Below are positions 1-7,362 of a stretch of 13,484 bases of DNA, one piece after another. Positions within the stretch are counted from its first letter, which is position 1. Every line of letters starts with the position of its first letter. The position numbers were made by a program, and so were the translations under genes. This DNA comes from Candidatus Parcubacteria bacterium (GTDB taxonomy: Bacteria > Patescibacteriota > Patescibacteriia > Magasanikbacterales > UBA922), in assembly GCA_018646705.1 (NCBI GenBank), contig JABGUG010000060.1:1-13484 (forward strand). Direction: 5' to 3'. Under the pieces are notes generated by a model that saw only the letters and a program-made list of their open reading frames with translations, made no database searches and was not told the origin of the DNA.

Positions 1-207
1 ATTTATTTCACCATCTAAAAATTCATCAATACGATGTTCATTTTCTATCAGAAAATTGACACCAAAGAAGAATAGAATACCAAAAATAACCAGACCAACA
101 AGCACTGATCTAATTTTTGATTTTGTAACTGGATCCATTGGTGCTTGTGACCCTGGATCAGAAGATTGCGGTGGTTGCGATGGTGGAGGTTGATTTAAGT
201 TTTGCAT
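1..207 (-). CDS. Partial small membrane protein, 3' end off-window. ATG at 207..205. N-terminus is Pro/Gln-rich (MQNLNQPPPSQPPQSSDPGSQAP...), followed by one TM helix (VLVGLVIFGILFFFGV).
   Basis: Hand translation of the minus strand gives an open frame from the ATG at 207 to the window edge (69 codons). It lies 18 bp downstream of the alaS stop on the same strand. It is absent from the ORF track, presumably because no stop lies inside the window. No recognisable family. Confidence 0.3.
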   Translation of the reverse strand, partial: MQNLNQPPPSQPPQSSDPGSQAPMDPVTKSKIRSVLVGLVIFGILFFFGVNFLIENEHRIDEFLDGEIN

Positions 208-225
208 ATGATTCCTTGTTAAGAT

Positions 226-2049
226 TTATTCAAGGATAGCTTTGATACGACGAATACCTGCGGAAGATGATTCTTCTTTTTTGATTCTAAAGTGACCCAT
301 GTCGTTTAAATTTTCAACATGTGGACCTCCACAAATTTCTTTACTTGCTGTCTCATCGTCTGATCCAATTGTGTACACTTTTACCTTTTCTCCATATTTA
401 TCACCAAAGAGTCCAATGGCTCCCTGACTTTTAGCATCTTCCACTGTCATTTCTTCCATAGAAATAACAAGTTTTTTCTCAATTGCTTCATTTACTAATT
501 TTTCAACTTGTTGTTTTTCTTCATCAGTCATCTTGTCTGGATGTGTAAAATCAAATCTAAGTCTATCAGCAGTAATATTACTTCCCTTTTGTCCCACATG
601 ATCTCCCAAAACTTCTCGAAGTGCTGCGTGAAGTAAGTGTGTTGCAGTGTGATACTTTGTACTCATCTCTCCATGATCGGCTAGTCCGCCTTTAAACTTT
701 TGTTCAGCACCTTCGCGAGACAAACTCTTATGTTTTTCAAATGCTTCATTAAAAGCCTTTTCATCAACAGTTAAACTATTCTCACTAGCTAACTCCTGAG
801 TCATTTCGAGTGGAAAACCATATGTATCATAAAGCTTAAATGCTTGTTTGCCAGAAATTTTTGTGATCTTTTTGTTTGTTTTTTCAAAAGCCATTTCAAA
901 ACCTTTGAGTAATTTTTCAAATTCTTTGATACCCTGTTCTAATGTTTGTCTAAATTTATTTTCCTCATTCTTCATCTCGCGCAAAACAAATTCCTCGTTT
1001 CTTTTTACTTCTGGATATACATCTGCAAAAATTTCAACAACACGCTGCGCCATTTCAACACAAAAATTATTTTCAATACCAAGTTTCTTTCCATGGCGAA
1101 TAACACGTCGAATAAGTTTACGTACCACATAACCTTGATCGACATTACTTGGAGCAACTCCTGAATCATCTGCCATTATCATACTTGCCGTACGAATATG
1201 ATCCACGATCACACGCATAGACATGAGAACATCCTTATTTTCTCCATATTTTTTTCCAGAAATTTCTTCGATTTTTTCCACTAGAGGTTTGAGTGTATCA
1301 ATTTGATATACATCTGAAAAACCATTCAAAACAGTCACGGTACGCTCAAGTCCCATTCCTGTATCAACATTCTTTTGTGTAGACTGAATAAATGTTCCGT
1401 CTTTTTGTTTATTGTATTGCATGAATACATCATTCCAAATCTCAAGCCAATTGTTTTCATCAGTTCCTGGATTACTATTCTCATCTGGAAATTCTGATTT
1501 ACCAACCCAATAAAACATCTCACTATCAGGACCACACGGACCAGTTTGACCAGCTGGCCCCCACCAGTTGTCCTTTTTTGGCAATGCAGCAATCTTGTGT
1601 TCTGGTACACCAAGAGACAACCATTTTTGTTTTGATTCTTCATCAAATGGTGCATCATCGTCTCCTTCAAAAACAGTTACTGCCAACTTTTTTGTATCGA
1701 GTCCGAGATAATCTTTTGATGTAAGAAATTCCCAACTCATTTCAATGGCTTCTTCCTTAAAATAATCACCAAGTGACCAATTACCAAGCATCTCAAAAAA
1801 TGTAAGGTGTCCAATATCACCCACTTCATCAATATCCCCTGTTCTGACACACTTTTGTACATCAGTAAGTCTCGTACCTTCTGCGTGTTTTTCACCCATC
1901 AAGTATGGTACGAGTGGATGCATACCAGCAGTAGTAAATAATACAGTTGGATCATTTTCTGGAATCAAAGAAGCTGACGAAATAATCGCATGATCTTTTG
2001 ATTTGAAGAAGTCTAAATATTTTTGTCTCAGTTCGTATGATGTAATCAT
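226..2049 (-). CDS. alaS: Alanine--tRNA ligase, short form (607 aa): catalytic, tRNA-recognition and editing domains, lacking the C-terminal C-Ala/oligomerisation domain.
   Basis: Class II AlaRS signatures in the translation: FTTAGM, WGPAGQTGPCGPDSE, GMGLER. Editing-domain motifs HTATHLLHAALR (HxxxH) and CGGPHV. The protein ends shortly after the editing domain. Confidence 0.93.
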   Translation of the reverse strand: MITSYELRQKYLDFFKSKDHAIISSASLIPENDPTVLFTTAGMHPLVPYLMGEKHAEGTRLTDVQKCVRTGDIDEVGDIGHLTFFEMLGNWSLGDYFKEEAIEMSWEFLTSKDYLGLDTKKLAVTVFEGDDDAPFDEESKQKWLSLGVPEHKIAALPKKDNWWGPAGQTGPCGPDSEMFYWVGKSEFPDENSNPGTDENNWLEIWNDVFMQYNKQKDGTFIQSTQKNVDTGMGLERTVTVLNGFSDVYQIDTLKPLVEKIEEISGKKYGENKDVLMSMRVIVDHIRTASMIMADDSGVAPSNVDQGYVVRKLIRRVIRHGKKLGIENNFCVEMAQRVVEIFADVYPEVKRNEEFVLREMKNEENKFRQTLEQGIKEFEKLLKGFEMAFEKTNKKITKISGKQAFKLYDTYGFPLEMTQELASENSLTVDEKAFNEAFEKHKSLSREGAEQKFKGGLADHGEMSTKYHTATHLLHAALREVLGDHVGQKGSNITADRLRFDFTHPDKMTDEEKQQVEKLVNEAIEKKLVISMEEMTVEDAKSQGAIGLFGDKYGEKVKVYTIGSDDETASKEICGGPHVENLNDMGHFRIKKEESSSAGIRRIKAILE

Positions 2050-2052
2050 AAC

Positions 2053-3576
2053 TTATAAATTCTTTAATTTTTCTATTCCGAAATTAAATTCCCTCCATGA
2101 TTGTTTTATGTCTGAAAAATTTTTATAATCTTTGTTCGAGATTCTCTTGTGCAAATGTCTAAACTTATTTCCAAGATATATATTTTTGAAATTTCCTTCA
2201 CGATAACTTAAATCATTATTTGTACCTTTATATTCAAAACCAGAATCAAACGCCCTTTTTACCTCTGGTATTGCATCTACGGAAAGATGAAATACCAAAT
2301 ATCCCATATCCAACTCTTTGCCTTCGTTAATATATCTATCTACATTTTCACGCGCAATTACACGATCAACATTTATAGACGAAACAATACACATGGCTCC
2401 TACACCGAGCACCATACTTGTATATAAAAAGTTTCTAAATTTCCAATCAACAGAAATGCTCACTGCTGACAGAGTCAAAATAATAACACAAAAATAAATA
2501 AACCACTCCACATACAATCTAAGTACTGTGTAACCAAATTGATCCTGATATATATTCATGCGTTTGAGCGCAGACATGGCAATCACACCAACCTGTATAA
2601 CAAGTAATATTTTTAATAATTTCAAAAGTGTATGACTTCCATGATGTACTGCTGATCTATAAAAAACAATAAGCATCGCAGCAGCAAGAGCAATTACCCA
2701 CGCTAGCTGAAAAAATCCACTACGTGCATACTCAGCAAAATTAATATTATTTTGCACCACAAAGTCATGAGAACCGAATAGATAATTGAGCTGTATAAAT
2801 ACAAAAAGTGCAAAGAGTATATTTACAAGCCCAAGGACAATAGATACAACTGTGTTATCGATTTTGAATACACGAAATTTCTTTTCTTTCAAAATATACA
2901 ATGGATCAATCACTGTATAAAACAATCCACCAAGAAATAATGTAATGAGACCTGTACGAACAATACGCCACACTGTCTCCTCTTCTATTATAAAATTAAA
3001 ATTAAATATATTACCTACCAATTCAGCAAACACCGCATCAGCCTTTACAAATAACAATCCAAATACAAAGAGAATAGGTACTGCAATAGCTAATGCTAAT
3101 GCAATCTTTTTATATATCTCACTGTGTTTTTCTTTTTTTGTAGAAAATAAATCACGAAACATATGACCCCATTTAGTAAGCGGCAAACCAATGCTACGTA
3201 GGACAGGGATTTCAGAAAAAGAAAACAAGTGTTTCCCAGGATTTTTTAGCGTTAACAAAATTGAAAATAAAAACATAAGTAATGCGACAAATAACATTAC
3301 CCAATTGCGTACAAAATCATTATTATAAAATAATATGTCCAAAGAAAATATAAAAATTGGTATAAGTAGTAGCAACGCCTTTGGGTGACGAATTTGATCA
3401 CTAAGTAATGAAAGCACTGAAAAACCGAGTACATAAAAAGCTACAAACAATACAAAACCAAATCCAGGTTGTAATCCCCAAAAGAATACATCATACAAAA
3501 TAGCAACAAGAAGAGCAAAACCAACATATGTAACTCGCCAATGACGCTTTAGTGTTTGCTGTATTGTTTGTTCCAT
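2053..3576 (-). CDS. Polytopic integral membrane protein (about 10-12 predicted TM helices, short soluble C-terminal region), function unknown; possibly a DUF4173/DUF4153-type large membrane domain.
   Basis: 507-aa ORF with many long hydrophobic segments and positive-inside loops. Its stop is 3 bp from the alaS start. Family assignment is from memory of the architecture only. Confidence 0.75.
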   Translation of the reverse strand: MEQTIQQTLKRHWRVTYVGFALLVAILYDVFFWGLQPGFGFVLFVAFYVLGFSVLSLLSDQIRHPKALLLLIPIFIFSLDILFYNNDFVRNWVMLFVALLMFLFSILLTLKNPGKHLFSFSEIPVLRSIGLPLTKWGHMFRDLFSTKKEKHSEIYKKIALALAIAVPILFVFGLLFVKADAVFAELVGNIFNFNFIIEEETVWRIVRTGLITLFLGGLFYTVIDPLYILKEKKFRVFKIDNTVVSIVLGLVNILFALFVFIQLNYLFGSHDFVVQNNINFAEYARSGFFQLAWVIALAAAMLIVFYRSAVHHGSHTLLKLLKILLVIQVGVIAMSALKRMNIYQDQFGYTVLRLYVEWFIYFCVIILTLSAVSISVDWKFRNFLYTSMVLGVGAMCIVSSINVDRVIARENVDRYINEGKELDMGYLVFHLSVDAIPEVKRAFDSGFEYKGTNNDLSYREGNFKNIYLGNKFRHLHKRISNKDYKNFSDIKQSWREFNFGIEKLKNL

Positions 3577-3580
3577 ATAA

Positions 3581-3682
3581 TTATTTTAGATATTTGAATG
3601 CAAAAAATAACAATATGCCAACCACTATTAGTACTGGCCATATGGTTACAAGTAACCCGACTAGAAAATTTGCTTCTTGCAT
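3581..3682 (-). CDS. Possible 33-aa single-TM micro-protein (MQEANFLVGLLVTIWPVLIVVGILLFFAFKYLK).
   Basis: Hand-translated minus-strand ORF, ATG 3682..3680, TAA 3583..3581. The stop is followed by 4 nt (TTAT) and then the ATG of the downstream polytopic membrane protein at 3576, a translational-coupling-like arrangement. Too short for the ORF track. No homology can be asserted. Confidence 0.3.
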   Translation of the reverse strand: MQEANFLVGLLVTIWPVLIVVGILLFFAFKYLK

Positions 3683-3711
3683 ATAATATTAATATTAAGA
3701 TTGAAAATTAG

Positions 3712-3785
3712 ATAACTACACCACCACCTCATCCTTCGCTAAAGCTACGGATGACAAGCATACTTTATATAACTACACCACCACC
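3712..3785. repeat. Perfect 17-bp direct repeat ataactacaccaccacc at 3712-3728 and 3769-3785, separated by 40 bp.
   Basis: Seen directly. The 3769-3785 copy encodes the last six codons of mnmA (GGGVVI). The 3712-3728 copy on the minus strand reads GGTGGTGGTGTAGTTATC-TAA, i.e. again GGGVVI followed by a stop. The intervening 40 bp contains a 6-bp inverted repeat tcatcc/ggatga. Confidence 0.6.
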
Positions 3786-4871
3786 CAGACATTCGCCATC
3801 TAAATAAAATACAGCAAATTGCCCTGGAGTGACCGCACGCTCAGAGTTTTTGAATTGGATCGTATTACCGTCAACCGTGCATTCTCGCAATTCTTGACGA
3901 TGACGCATCCTTACTTTACATTTTAACGGAAAATCCGGGGTCCGTCCAGCAATCCAATGTACATCTTCTAACTCAATTTTGTCTCTATATAGCAAAGGAT
4001 CATCTTTTTCACCAACAACCAATTCATTTGAATCAAATCTCTTGTCTACCACAAACAATGGTTCCCCTCCTCCAGGCTGCTCAAACCCATGTCTTTGTCC
4101 AATTGTATAAAATGCAAGACCTTTGTGTTCTCCTATTTTTGTGCCATCAGACATAATTATTTCACCAGGCTGTATGGACAGGTCTAGACCTGTCCCTCCA
4201 TTTGCAGCCTTGGTTCTCAAAAATTCTTCCATCGACACTTCGCCAACAAAACAAATTCCCATACTTTCTTCTTTTCCTGCAGTTGGCAAATCAAATTTCT
4301 CAGCAAGTTCACGTACCTGCGTCTTTGTGTAGTCACCTAGGGGAAATAATGTATGCGAAAGTTGCTCTTGATTTAACTGATGCAAAAAATATGTCTGATC
4401 CTTATTCTCATCCTCAGCCTGCACCAAAGAAAAGTGTGCTTGTCCGTCATAGCTCGAAGAACGAAGACGGGCATAGTGACCTGTTGCCATTTTATCAAAT
4501 CCTAAATCCTTAATTTTTTCTAACCAAGACCCAAATTTTACAAACTTATTACACATCACATCTGGGTTTGGCGTTCTACCTTTTTCATATTCTGCAAACA
4601 TGTGATCTAAAACTTTACTCTGGTATTCTTTTTTAAAATCTAATTTCAAAAGCTGAATACCAAGCTTAGCAGCCACACGCACCGCATCCCTATAATCTGG
4701 CACCCAACATGATTCCCCTGTTGCGCCCACACCTTCATGATCATCTGTATCATAATTGATCATATATGCTCCGGCCACATCATAACCCTGATCTACCAAA
4801 AGAGCAGCGACAACTGACGAATCAACACCTCCAGACATTGCTACAAGAATTTTTTCTTTTTTCTCTGTCAT
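3765..4871 (-). CDS. mnmA: tRNA-specific 2-thiouridylase MnmA (tRNA U34 2-thiolation).
   Basis: PP-loop SGGVDSS near the N-terminus and the NPDVMCN catalytic-cysteine motif. C-terminal beta-barrel region with C...C. 368 aa, typical MnmA length. Start overlaps the upstream HD gene stop by 4 bp (ATGA). Confidence 0.93.
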   Translation of the reverse strand: MTEKKEKILVAMSGGVDSSVVAALLVDQGYDVAGAYMINYDTDDHEGVGATGESCWVPDYRDAVRVAAKLGIQLLKLDFKKEYQSKVLDHMFAEYEKGRTPNPDVMCNKFVKFGSWLEKIKDLGFDKMATGHYARLRSSSYDGQAHFSLVQAEDENKDQTYFLHQLNQEQLSHTLFPLGDYTKTQVRELAEKFDLPTAGKEESMGICFVGEVSMEEFLRTKAANGGTGLDLSIQPGEIIMSDGTKIGEHKGLAFYTIGQRHGFEQPGGGEPLFVVDKRFDSNELVVGEKDDPLLYRDKIELEDVHWIAGRTPDFPLKCKVRMRHRQELRECTVDGNTIQFKNSERAVTPGQFAVFYLDGECLGGGVVI

Positions 4872-5491
4872 AATTCTATTGGTTCAATTTTGGATTTTAG
4901 ATATTCTCTATATTTTTTTTCAACAGCATCCATTAATTTTTCTTTTTTAATTATCTTTTTGGCAGTTTTGGTATGAACATGTATATATGTTTCATAAACA
5001 TGCCGTAAATGCCAGTTCCAATCTTCATCAGAAGAACAAAGATGACTCATACGTTTTATACCCACTTCTCCATATGCATCAAGCTTGTCTGCATCACGCA
5101 AAATCCAAGCTGTATCATATTTGTCAGCAACATTATTCCAATGATACCGAACTGTATACAATATTTCCTTTTTCTCTTCATCTTTTAAAATATCAAACTC
5201 ACGATCTTCCTTAAACCACTCACGCAATATAACATATGAAAGCTCATGATGCTTACGACTGTTTTCTCCTGGTTTATCTTCTCTAGTCCTACCAATATCA
5301 TGAGTTAATGCTGAGAGTTCACACAAAAATGGATTACTAGCTTTCTCGCCTTTGGCAATCTTAATAGTAGAATCAACAACACGAAAAATATGATCCATAC
5401 CGTGTGCAGGATCTGTATAATCTTCAAAAAGCTTTTCAACTTTTTCTTTTGTGTGATTTATTAGTAATTGTTGTTGTTTTGTATATTTCAT
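4868..5491 (-). CDS. HD-domain metal-dependent phosphohydrolase.
   Basis: H...HD...D metal-ligand pattern: HGMDHIFRV, LTHDIGR, LRDADKLD. The track ORF extends to 5539, but that start is a TTG (verified by reverse-complementing 5537-5539). The first in-frame ATG is at 5491..5489. A TTGATT-N17-TATTAT promoter-like element (5553-5558 / 5530-5535) would sit inside the longer ORF, so the ATG at 5491 is favoured. Confidence 0.8.
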   Translation of the reverse strand: MKYTKQQQLLINHTKEKVEKLFEDYTDPAHGMDHIFRVVDSTIKIAKGEKASNPFLCELSALTHDIGRTREDKPGENSRKHHELSYVILREWFKEDREFDILKDEEKKEILYTVRYHWNNVADKYDTAWILRDADKLDAYGEVGIKRMSHLCSSDEDWNWHLRHVYETYIHVHTKTAKKIIKKEKLMDAVEKKYREYLKSKIEPIEL

Positions 5492-5529
5492 GATCAAAAA
5501 ATCATAAATCTTACGAATATGTGTAATGA

Positions 5530-5558
5530 ATAATACCAATATTATGCTAAAAAATCAA
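5530..5558 (-). promoter_or_regulatory. Putative sigma70-like promoter for the HD/mnmA transcription unit: -35 TTGATT (5558..5553), 17-nt spacer, -10 TATTAT (5535..5530).
   Basis: Read by eye on the minus strand immediately downstream of the Zn-ribbon gene terminator. No experimental support. Confidence 0.3.
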
Positions 5559-5565
5559 GAAAAAA

Positions 5566-5582
5566 CCCCGACTCAGTCGGGG
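5566..5582 (-). terminator. Rho-independent terminator hairpin ccccgac-tca-gtcgggg, flanked by A6 upstream and T4 downstream on the plus strand (T-rich tract tttttt-c-ttgattttt downstream on the minus strand).
   Basis: Perfect 7-bp GC-rich stem with a 3-nt loop, 26 nt downstream of the stop of the minus-strand Zn-ribbon gene at 5608. It could act bidirectionally. Confidence 0.7.
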
Positions 5583-5607
5583 TTTTCAAAAATATATAGT
5601 AATGCAC

Positions 5608-5901
5608 TTAAGCATCTTTGTTCTTGAGATAACATTCTTTACAAAGAAGATTGCTGGTATCTCGTGGTTCGAATGGTAATTGTGTGATTTGAGTACCACA
5701 TCCTGAGCAAGGTACATTTACATCAAACATTTTACGCTCTCCACCGCCACTATTACGTTGTTCACGGTGAGCCTTGTTACAGTCTGAGCAATATACTGGA
5801 CGATCTCCAGATGGTTGGAATGGTAATTGTGTGATTTTTGCACCACATTTTCCACATTCACAATCTACATCGAACATCTGGCGATCATTAAAATCGTTCA
5901 T
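5608..5901 (-). CDS. Small (97 aa) protein made of two tandem CxxC-x18-CxxC zinc-ribbon modules (FmdB-like zinc-ribbon architecture).
   Basis: Two internal repeats: MFDVDCECGKCGAKITQLPFQPSGDRPVYCSDC and MFDVNVPCSGCGTQITQLPFEPRDTSNLLCKEC. The halves share a 26-nt near-identical DNA segment (5665-5690 vs 5812-5837, one mismatch), 147 nt apart. The gene is flanked by a consensus promoter and a hairpin terminator. Confidence 0.8.
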   Translation of the reverse strand: MNDFNDRQMFDVDCECGKCGAKITQLPFQPSGDRPVYCSDCNKAHREQRNSGGGERKMFDVNVPCSGCGTQITQLPFEPRDTSNLLCKECYLKNKDA

Positions 5902-5979
5902 ATTTTTTCCGAAATTTATTTTGAATAAACCTTATCCGACCTTTTTGGGAATACACCATGCATTACCCAACTACGACAT

Positions 5980-6010
5980 ATTATATCACCATCTTATTTT
6001 GACGTCAAAA
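5980..6010 (-). promoter_or_regulatory. Near-consensus sigma70 promoter: -35 TTGACG (6008..6003), 17-nt spacer, -10 TATAAT (5985..5980). It is overlapped by the perfect 14-bp palindrome TTTTGACGTCAAAA (5997-6010).
   Basis: Read directly on the minus strand. It lies about 80 nt upstream of the Zn-ribbon gene ATG (5901) and immediately downstream of the SPFH gene stop (6027). Confidence 0.5.
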
Positions 6011-6026
6011 TAATATTTGGGGCCTA

Positions 6027-7106
6027 TTAGACTCCTCGAAACATTGGCATTCCATTGCTAGCATTGGTCGGTACGTAAATTGTACCCTCTCTATCTTTCA
6101 GACTATTGATGTATAAATATTCAAGATATCTAGGTGTCAAACTTTGATTGATGATTTGTTGCGCATCACGCTGACCTTCTGCCTCAATACGTTTTCTATC
6201 TGCTTCTTTTTCTTCTGTTTGAAGAAGAAAATCATATCTTTGTGCTTCTTGCTCAGCTTGAAGTTTTAGTTGAATACTCTGTGCTAGATCAGCTGGTAAT
6301 TCCACATGACGAAGTAGAACATCTTCTATCTCAATACCACGTGGATCTAGCTTGCCCGTCAATCTATCTGCAATACCTTGAGCAGCTTCTTGACGTTTTT
6401 CACTATAAATATCTTTTGCATCATAACCTGCTATCACTTCGCGAATCACACTTCTAATTTGTGGTCGAATAATAACTTCATCATAATTAAGACCTACATC
6501 ACGATATACATCTGATGCTTTTTCTTCTACCATACGATATAAAACAGTAATATCAAGGTCAACACTCAAACCTTCTTTTGTAAGAGCAGTAATAACGTCA
6601 GAACCATAACGCTTTCCTTCTCCTTGTGTAATACTCATTGTGTATTCTTGTGTACGAATATTCATTCGTGTAATTTTTTCAAGTGGATTTTTGATATGAA
6701 ATCCAGAATGAAATTCACTGTCTCTAACTTTACCAAAAAATGAACGTACACCAGTCTCACCCGCATCTATTACTACCCAAAATGCACTGGCAAAACTTAG
6801 GAAAAGAAGAAAGACAGCGCCGATTACTACCCAAAACCCAATCTTTGCTTTTTTTCTTGGATCAATTGTTTCCATAGGCTTTTCTTTGTTAATTAAATTT
6901 TTTTTAATAGAATTAATAACATTATCAAAATCAAAAGATGTATTTGGTTTTGAAGTTTTTTTATCTTTATATTTTATTGATGCTAAAAAAAGCAAAATTA
7001 TACCCAAAAATATAAAAAATCCACTATTTGCCAATACACCAATCAAAAATCCGCCTAGCCCAAGAACAAATAATGGGTATTTATCAAATATTTTCTTTAA
7101 GTCCAT
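6027..7106 (-). CDS. SPFH/band-7 (stomatin/prohibitin/HflK-C family) membrane protein.
   Basis: Core SPFH-like region: FFGKVRDSEFHSGFHIKNPLEKITRMNIRTQEYTMSITQGEGKRYGSDVITALTKEGLSVDLDITVLYRMVEEKASDVYRDVGLNYDEVIIRPQIRSVIREVIAGYDAKDIY. It is followed by a coiled-coil (LKLQAEQEAQRYDFLLQTEEKEADRKRIEAEGQRDAQQII), preceded by a TM helix, with an extra hydrophobic N-terminal segment. An alternative internal ATG at 6875 (METIDPRKK) would remove the first hydrophobic segment. Confidence 0.88.
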   Translation of the reverse strand: MDLKKIFDKYPLFVLGLGGFLIGVLANSGFFIFLGIILLFLASIKYKDKKTSKPNTSFDFDNVINSIKKNLINKEKPMETIDPRKKAKIGFWVVIGAVFLLFLSFASAFWVVIDAGETGVRSFFGKVRDSEFHSGFHIKNPLEKITRMNIRTQEYTMSITQGEGKRYGSDVITALTKEGLSVDLDITVLYRMVEEKASDVYRDVGLNYDEVIIRPQIRSVIREVIAGYDAKDIYSEKRQEAAQGIADRLTGKLDPRGIEIEDVLLRHVELPADLAQSIQLKLQAEQEAQRYDFLLQTEEKEADRKRIEAEGQRDAQQIINQSLTPRYLEYLYINSLKDREGTIYVPTNASNGMPMFRGV

Positions 7107-7134
7107 ATGTTATTCTTAATTTTCACATTTACAA

Positions 7135-7359
7135 TTAACTGACTACTCCGGTTATTCCCTCACACCCTTCAGGAACTTTACACTCTTTACCAATGGTAGT
7201 TTCTCCAGTTGGATATTGACCAGGCATACAGTCTATATATGCAGGGCACTCTGCCCTTTTAACATCCATTCTATACTTTAGTAGAAAAAAAGTTCCTGTA
7301 AGTAATAATAGCAAAATAAAAATTGTTATGAGTATCTTCTCTGTTTTTTTTAAAGACAT
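7135..7359 (-). CDS. Cys-rich membrane-anchored micro-protein (74 aa): N-terminal signal-anchor TM plus a ~40-aa ectodomain with C-x5-C ... C-x5-C.
   Basis: ATG at 7359 lies 4 bp after the upstream gene stop and 28 bp before the SPFH gene. Sequence AECPAYIDCMPGQYPTGETTIGKECKVPEGCEGITGVVS. No family recognised. Confidence 0.55.
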   Translation of the reverse strand: MSLKKTEKILITIFILLLLLTGTFFLLKYRMDVKRAECPAYIDCMPGQYPTGETTIGKECKVPEGCEGITGVVS

Positions 7360-7362
7360 ATA

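Noticed and set aside
848-1164. Plus-strand track ORFs 848..1132 and 946..1164 (94 and 72 aa).
   Set aside because: They lie entirely antisense to the well-supported alaS CDS and have low-complexity, hydrophobic or F/S/I-rich translations typical of shadow frames in AT-rich DNA.
1335-1670. Minus-strand 111-aa ORF inside alaS in another frame.
   Set aside because: It overlaps alaS on the same strand out of frame and has no motif content. It is an alternative-frame artefact.
2945-3166. Plus-strand 73-aa ORF within the polytopic membrane protein gene.
   Set aside because: It is antisense to a long, hydrophobic, clearly coding minus-strand ORF and is itself Asn/Thr-rich low complexity.
4123-4513. 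Plus-strand ORFs 4123..4332 and 4202..4513 antisense to mnmA.
   Set aside because: They are opposite the strongly supported mnmA frame and carry no recognisable motifs.
5537-5539. TTG start for the HD hydrolase as printed in the ORF track (M at 5539).
   Set aside because: Reverse-complementing 5537-5539 gives TTG, not ATG. The downstream ATG at 5491 with an upstream promoter-like element is the more plausible start.
5661-5672. tRNA T-loop-like string ggttcgaatgg.
   Set aside because: It sits inside the zinc-ribbon CDS, encoding the conserved LPFEP segment. The flanking sequence cannot form a T-stem or the rest of a cloverleaf.
5774-6013. Plus-strand 79-aa ORF spanning the Zn-ribbon gene 5' end and its promoter.
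   Set aside because: It overlaps a convincingly coding minus-strand gene and a consensus promoter, and has no motif support.
6242-7119. Plus-strand ORFs 6242..6457 and 6886..7119 antisense to the SPFH gene.
   Set aside because: They are shadow ORFs opposite a well-supported CDS.
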